Positions 59,383 to 64,000 of a DNA stretch of 64,000 nt are shown here, in pieces. The stretch is from NCBI GenBank assembly GCA_046331385.1, contig JAXLQW010000001.1:3719037-3783036 (forward strand), written 5' to 3'. The position numbers were made by a program, and so were the translations under genes. The notes below the pieces were generated by a model. It worked only from the letters and a program-made list of their open reading frames with translations, ran no database searches and had not been told where the DNA came from. This DNA comes from Thermoanaerobaculia bacterium (lineage in GTDB: Bacteria > Acidobacteriota > Thermoanaerobaculia > Multivoradales > JAGPDF01). Every line of letters begins with the position of its first letter. Position 1 is the stretch's first letter.

Positions 59383-60675
59383 TTGGTGTCGCCGTTCATG
59401 ACGCGCTCATTCGAATTCACCTTCGTGGTTGCCGGTTCACTGCTGCTCGGCTCGACGTCACCGACCCTCGCCGAGGAGCCTCTGGCGCTGACGCTTTCCG
59501 AGGCCCAGGCGCTCGCTCTCCGACAAAGCCCCGAATACCTGGCCGCCCGCCAGGACGAGCCCATTGCCCGCGGCGAGCTGCGCCAGGCGAGACTCCCTTC
59601 GAGCAATCCGGAGGTCGACGTCGAGGCTCCAGGCGTCGGCAGCCACGGCTCGTTGTCGGAGTACCAGATTTCGATTTCCCAGGAGTTCGAGATCGGCGGC
59701 CAGCGTGGCCTTCGCGCACGCGCTGCCGAGCATGCACTCCAGCAAGCCCGCCTGAATGTGGAGGACACGGCTCGGCACCTCCTCGCAGACGTGACCGCCG
59801 CCTACTACAGTGCCTTCGCCGCGGCGCGGAGGTCGGAGGTCGCCGCGGGGAGCCTAGCCCTCGGCGAGCGCCTGCTCGAAGCGGTACGGAACCAGCTCAG
59901 CGGCGGAAAGGTGAGCGACCTCGAGGCCAATCTCACGGCGATCGAGGCTGGCCGCGCTCGGGGTCGACTGCTCCGCGCGCGGCGCGAGGAGACCGCGGCC
60001 CAGCTCGAGCTCAAGCATCTCATCGGGCTGCCCACCGAGCGCGCGATCCGCCTCGTCGCCCCAGTTCCTGGAACACCGGATACGCCAGAAGCTCGGCCTG
60101 CGGGCCTCGAGGTGCTGATGGGCACCGCCTTGGCGCACCGCGCCGATCTCGCGGCCCGGCGCGCAGCGCTCGCCGAGGCGCAGGTTCGCCTCGATCTCGC
60201 CCGCCGGGAGGCGGTTCCCAACCTGCGCGCGGGTCCGCTCGTGGAGCGAACCGCCGATGGCGGAGACTCGCAGGTCGGCGCCGTGGTCGGCCTCTCGCTG
60301 CCACTGTGGAACCGCAATCAAGGCACGGTCGAGTCGCTCACCGCGGTGCTCGCGCAGGCGCAGCTCGATGTCCGGTCCGCGGAGCTCACCGTGCAGAGCG
60401 AGGTCGCCCGCGCCTATCGCGCCTTTACGGCGGCGGATGAAGAGGAGGCCATCTTCCGGACCGAAGTGGTCAACCCCACGGAGGAGAACCAACGGCTCCT
60501 GGAGATCGCCTACGAGGCGGGGAAGATCGACCTGCCCTCGCTCCTCCTGGTGAGGGGCCAGCTGCTCGACGCACAGCTCGAATACTGGGAGGCCTGGCTC
60601 GCGGCGCGGGAGGCGCTCACCGAACTTCGCGAGGCCACCGGCGAATCGTCCCTGGCACCGACGGGATTGCCATGA
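59383..60675 (+). CDS. czcC: TolC/CzcC-family outer-membrane efflux protein
   Basis: 430 aa. OEP repeat features (LTLSEAQALALRQSPEYLAARQ...). Confidence 0.75.
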   Translation: MVSPFMTRSFEFTFVVAGSLLLGSTSPTLAEEPLALTLSEAQALALRQSPEYLAARQDEPIARGELRQARLPSSNPEVDVEAPGVGSHGSLSEYQISISQEFEIGGQRGLRARAAEHALQQARLNVEDTARHLLADVTAAYYSAFAAARRSEVAAGSLALGERLLEAVRNQLSGGKVSDLEANLTAIEAGRARGRLLRARREETAAQLELKHLIGLPTERAIRLVAPVPGTPDTPEARPAGLEVLMGTALAHRADLAARRAALAEAQVRLDLARREAVPNLRAGPLVERTADGGDSQVGAVVGLSLPLWNRNQGTVESLTAVLAQAQLDVRSAELTVQSEVARAYRAFTAADEEEAIFRTEVVNPTEENQRLLEIAYEAGKIDLPSLLLVRGQLLDAQLEYWEAWLAAREALTELREATGESSLAPTGLP

Positions 60676-61931
60676 CGCCTTCGAGGACCGACTCCATGGA
60701 CGATGCTCGCACTATCCCGGTTCATCATCGGAAGCTCGCCGCCGGCGCATTCGTGGCCCTCGCCGTGGCGGCTTTCGCGATCTCCTGTGGAGGCGGCGGG
60801 GACAACCCTGGCGCACAGGTGAGCTCGGAAGAGGCTGCCTCGAGCGAGGAGGCAAAGCCCGGCGCAGGATCCGTCGTAACGCTCGGCGAGGAGTCGCTCC
60901 GCCTGGCTGCCATCGAGATCTCTCTCGCAGCGGCGGCAGGTGGTTCAGAGCTCCTCGCCAACGGCACGATCGCCTACGACGCGAACCGCGTGTCCCTCGT
61001 CGCCCCGCGTGCCGAAGGACGGGTGACCGCGGTGCGCACCGATCTCGGACAGGCGGTGCATTCGGGCACCGTCTTGGCGATCCTCGAGAGCCCCGAGATC
61101 GGCGAGTCCCGCGGTCAGGTCGAGAGAGCGCGCGCCAATCTCGAGGTCGCCAAGCAGACCTCCGAGCGCGAGGCGAGCCTGTTCGAGCAGCACGTCAGCT
61201 CCAAGAAGGAGATGCTCGAGGCGCGCGCGGCCTATCTCTCCGCGCAGGCGGACTACGACGCCGCGCAGGCCAGCGCGCGCGCTCTCGGCGCTTCCGCCAG
61301 CTCGGGATCGGCCGCCGGGGGCTCGTACCCCCTCGTCTCGCCCATCGCCGGCACCGTGGTCGAGCGCAACGCCACGCCGGGCCAGATCGTCGGGCCCGAG
61401 AACCCGCTCTTCACCGTCGCGGACCTGCGAAGCCTCTGGATCGACGTCGATGTCTACGAGGCCGATGCCGACCGCGTGCACCGGGCGGCACGCGCCACCG
61501 TCGTCACCCGAGCCCTTCCGGGCACGACCTTCGTCGGGCGCGTCACCTATGCCGGGGGCATCGTCGATCCCGGCACGCGGACGGTCAAGATGCGGGTCGA
61601 GGTCGACAACGCCGAGGGGCGCCTGCGCCCCGGCATGTACGCGGAGGTGCGCATCGAGGCGCCGCTCGCCCGCTCTGCGGCAACTACCGACGAGCAAGCC
61701 GTGGTCGTGCCCGAGCTCGCGGTGCAAGACCTCGCTGGTGAATGGGTGGTGTTCGTGCCGGGGGAGGCGGCGGGCAAGTTCGTCGCCCGCGGGATCGCGC
61801 TCGGGCCGCGGCTGCCGGGCGGGCTAGTGACGATCACCAGCGGCCTCCGCCCGGGCGAGCGCGTCGTGACCCGCGGCGCCTTCCAGCTCAAGTCCGAGCT
61901 GCTCGAAGCGACCTTCGGCGAGAACGAGTAA
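60672..61931 (+). CDS. czcB: Efflux RND periplasmic adaptor (CzcB/HlyD family)
   Basis: Lipobox-like N-terminus. MFP biotinyl-lipoyl and beta-barrel motifs (PLVSPIAGTVVERNATPGQIV...). Confidence 0.8.
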   Translation: MTPSRTDSMDDARTIPVHHRKLAAGAFVALAVAAFAISCGGGGDNPGAQVSSEEAASSEEAKPGAGSVVTLGEESLRLAAIEISLAAAAGGSELLANGTIAYDANRVSLVAPRAEGRVTAVRTDLGQAVHSGTVLAILESPEIGESRGQVERARANLEVAKQTSEREASLFEQHVSSKKEMLEARAAYLSAQADYDAAQASARALGASASSGSAAGGSYPLVSPIAGTVVERNATPGQIVGPENPLFTVADLRSLWIDVDVYEADADRVHRAARATVVTRALPGTTFVGRVTYAGGIVDPGTRTVKMRVEVDNAEGRLRPGMYAEVRIEAPLARSAATTDEQAVVVPELAVQDLAGEWVVFVPGEAAGKFVARGIALGPRLPGGLVTITSGLRPGERVVTRGAFQLKSELLEATFGENE

Positions 61932-61944
61932 GGACGTCCCGGCC

Positions 61945-64000
61945 GTGATCGACCGCATCCTCGCCTACTCGCTGCGCAACCGCCTGCTGGTCTGCCTGGG
62001 CGCCATCGGCGTGCTCGGGGGTGGCGTCTGGGCGCTGCGCAACCTCCCGATCGACGCCTTTCCCGACGTTTCCCCGGTGCTGGTTCAGGTCATCACGGTC
62101 ACGCCCGGGCTCGCCCCGGAGGAGGTGGAACGACTGGTCACGTATCCGGTCGAGGTGTCGATGAACGGCATCCCCGGCGTCGCGCGGACCAAGTCGCTCT
62201 CGACCTTCGGCCTCTCGCAGGTGTCGGTGTATTTCCACGACGATGTCGACATCTACTTCGCGCGGCAGCTCGCGCTCGAGCGCCTCCAGGAAGCCAAGGA
62301 GCAGATTCCCGCCGGGCTCGGCGAGCCGGCGCTCGGGCCGATCACCAGCGGCCTCGGCCAGATCTATCAGTACGTGCTGCGCGACCGCACGGGCGAGCGG
62401 GACCTGATGGAGTTGCGTTCGCTGCAGGACTGGGTCGTGAGGTACAACTTGCGGACGGTGCCCGGTGTCGCCGACGTCATCTCGTTCGGCGGCGCCGTCA
62501 AGCAGTACCAGGTGCAGGTGGACCCGCGCGCGCTCCGCCAGTACGGGGTGACGCTCGACCAGGTGCGGGATGCGCTCGGCGCGAACAACCGCAACGTTGG
62601 CGGCGGCTTTCTCGCGCGCGGCCCGGAAGAGTACCTGGTGCGTGGGATCGGCTTCGCCGAGAGCTTGCAGGACCTCGGCGACGTGATCGTCGCCAACCGC
62701 GGCGGCTCGCCGGTCTACGTGCGCAACCTGGCTGCCGTCGTCTTCGGACCCGAGGTGAGGCGTGGCGCCGCGACGATGAACGGCCAGGGCGAGGTAGTGA
62801 CCGGCATCGTCCTCAAGCGCATCTTCGAGAACACCTCGCAGACGATCGCCGCGGTCAAGGAAAAGGTTGCGGCGATCAACCGGATCCTGCCGCGCGGGGT
62901 CGCGGTCGAGCCTTACTACGACCAGGCGGATTTGGTCGAGCGGGCGGTGGGGACGGTTCAGGCGGCGTTGCTCGAGGGGGCCGTCCTCATCGTGATCGTC
63001 CTCTTCCTCTTCCTCGGCAACGTGCGCAGCGCGTTGATCGTGACCACGATGCTGCCGCTCTCGCTGCTCCTCGCGTTCATCCTCATGAAGTGGACCGGCC
63101 TCAGCGCCAACCTGATGAGCCTGGGAGGGCTCGCCATCGGCATCGGCATGATGGTCGATGGCGGCGTGGTGATGGTCGAGAACGTCTACCGCCACCTGTC
63201 AGAGGCGCGGCGCGGCCGTGGCCAAATCGCGAATAAGGGCGAGCCAGGGGCTCCGGTGACCGACCGCGAGTCGCCTACGCACCTGGTCCTGCGCTCGGCG
63301 AAGGAGGTAGGGCGCCCGATCGTCTTCGCCATTGCAATCATCGTCATCGTGTTCCTGCCGCTGTTCACGCTCGAGGATGTCGAGGGAAAGCTCTTCCGTC
63401 CCATGGCGTTCGCGATCTCCTTCGCGATGCTCGGCTCGCTTCTCCTCTCGCTCACCGTAGTCCCGGTGCTTTGCTCCCTCTTCCTCCGCGGTCGCGGCGA
63501 GGAGGACACCTGGGTCATGCGGGTCGCCAGGCGAGGGTACCTGCCCCTGCTCGGCTGGTCCCTCGACAACCGGAAGAAGGTGCTCGTCGGCGCGCTGGTG
63601 ACGCTGGCGCTGAGCCTCGCGCTCGTCCCTTTCCTCGGCACCGAGTTCGTCCCCACTCTCGAGGAAGGGTCGATCATGGTGGAGCCGGTCCTGGCACCGT
63701 CCGCTGGGCTCGACGAGATGGTGCGCGCCAGCACGGTGTTCGAGCGCCTCATCAAGAGCTTCCCCGAGGTCCAGGACGTGGTCTCCGACAACGGCCGCGC
63801 CGAGGCCCTCGGTGACCCCGACCCGGTCAACACGTCAATGACGCTGGTGACGCTCAAGCCGCGTAGCCAGTGGACGAGCGGGCGATCGAAGGCCGAGCTC
63901 GTGAAGGCGATGGAACGCCGGCTTACCGACTATCCTGGCGTGGCCCTCGGCTTCACGCAGCCGATCGCGATGCGGGTGGACGAGCTGATCAGCGGCGTGC
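61945..64000 (+). CDS. czcA: Heavy-metal efflux RND transporter CzcA/CusA family (partial, runs off right edge)
   Basis: Open frame to window end, so absent from the ORF track. HME-RND hallmarks (ILAYSLRNRLLV..., AMLGSLLLSLTVVPVLCS). Confidence 0.85.
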   Translation, partial: MIDRILAYSLRNRLLVCLGAIGVLGGGVWALRNLPIDAFPDVSPVLVQVITVTPGLAPEEVERLVTYPVEVSMNGIPGVARTKSLSTFGLSQVSVYFHDDVDIYFARQLALERLQEAKEQIPAGLGEPALGPITSGLGQIYQYVLRDRTGERDLMELRSLQDWVVRYNLRTVPGVADVISFGGAVKQYQVQVDPRALRQYGVTLDQVRDALGANNRNVGGGFLARGPEEYLVRGIGFAESLQDLGDVIVANRGGSPVYVRNLAAVVFGPEVRRGAATMNGQGEVVTGIVLKRIFENTSQTIAAVKEKVAAINRILPRGVAVEPYYDQADLVERAVGTVQAALLEGAVLIVIVLFLFLGNVRSALIVTTMLPLSLLLAFILMKWTGLSANLMSLGGLAIGIGMMVDGGVVMVENVYRHLSEARRGRGQIANKGEPGAPVTDRESPTHLVLRSAKEVGRPIVFAIAIIVIVFLPLFTLEDVEGKLFRPMAFAISFAMLGSLLLSLTVVPVLCSLFLRGRGEEDTWVMRVARRGYLPLLGWSLDNRKKVLVGALVTLALSLALVPFLGTEFVPTLEEGSIMVEPVLAPSAGLDEMVRASTVFERLIKSFPEVQDVVSDNGRAEALGDPDPVNTSMTLVTLKPRSQWTSGRSKAELVKAMERRLTDYPGVALGFTQPIAMRVDELISGV

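Noticed and set aside
61888-63195. 435-aa minus-strand ORF
   Set aside because: Antisense to the clearly recognisable CzcA/CusA RND transporter, which runs off the window edge and is missing from the ORF track.

Overview
High-GC (~70%) bacterial chromosomal segment with Acidobacteria-like gene content (ECF sigma factor next to a Ser/Thr kinase, a TMTC/DUF1736-TPR membrane protein, FG-GAP secreted proteins). Coordinates are from the ORF track or from amino-acid offsets within it and may be off by one. Most large minus-strand ORFs in the track (e.g. 6666..10349, 2999..6439) are GC-bias artefacts antisense to real plus-strand genes. The window has three parts. (1) ~1-15.5 kb is core-like: an FG-GAP secreted protein, an ECF sigma/kinase pair, a glutamine amidotransferase, secreted proteins, a TMTC-like TPR protein, a TetR regulator, an SRPBCC protein and a large orphan protein. 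(2) ~15.6-28.2 kb is a mosaic of decayed islands delimited by three homologous ~160-nt elements (15637, 19795, 27990) that each begin with a reverse-complemented tRNA 3'-end-like sequence (TGGTGGAGCAGA.../CCA end). It also holds a near-perfect tRNA T-arm/acceptor fragment at 26827-26852 and a 5-copy tandem array of an 81-nt repeat at 27667-28070. Island 1 carries a CarH (MerR-B12) regulator, lipocalin Blc, a hydrolase, a DCC/DUF393 protein and a TatT-like lipoprotein. Island 2 is a defence island: AbiEi/AbiEii, a complete type I R-M system (hsdR-hsdM-hsdS) and a nucleotidyltransferase pair. (3) ~28.2 to >59 kb is an integrative conjugative element with a full P-type T4SS. In order: repA-like initiator, a second AbiEi/AbiEii pair, a type II CBASS operon (TIR-SAVED effector, CD-NTase, Cap2 E1/E2, Cap3 JAB) headed by a LexA-like repressor gene, ArdC, SSB, MobC, a MOBP-type relaxase, TraF, TraG/VirD4, trbBCDEJKLFGI and parA/parB. 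After it come an MFS transporter, a BlaI/BlaR1-like pair and a czcCBA-like RND efflux cluster running off the right end. No integrase or intact tRNA/tmRNA lies in the window; they are predicted beyond the right edge.
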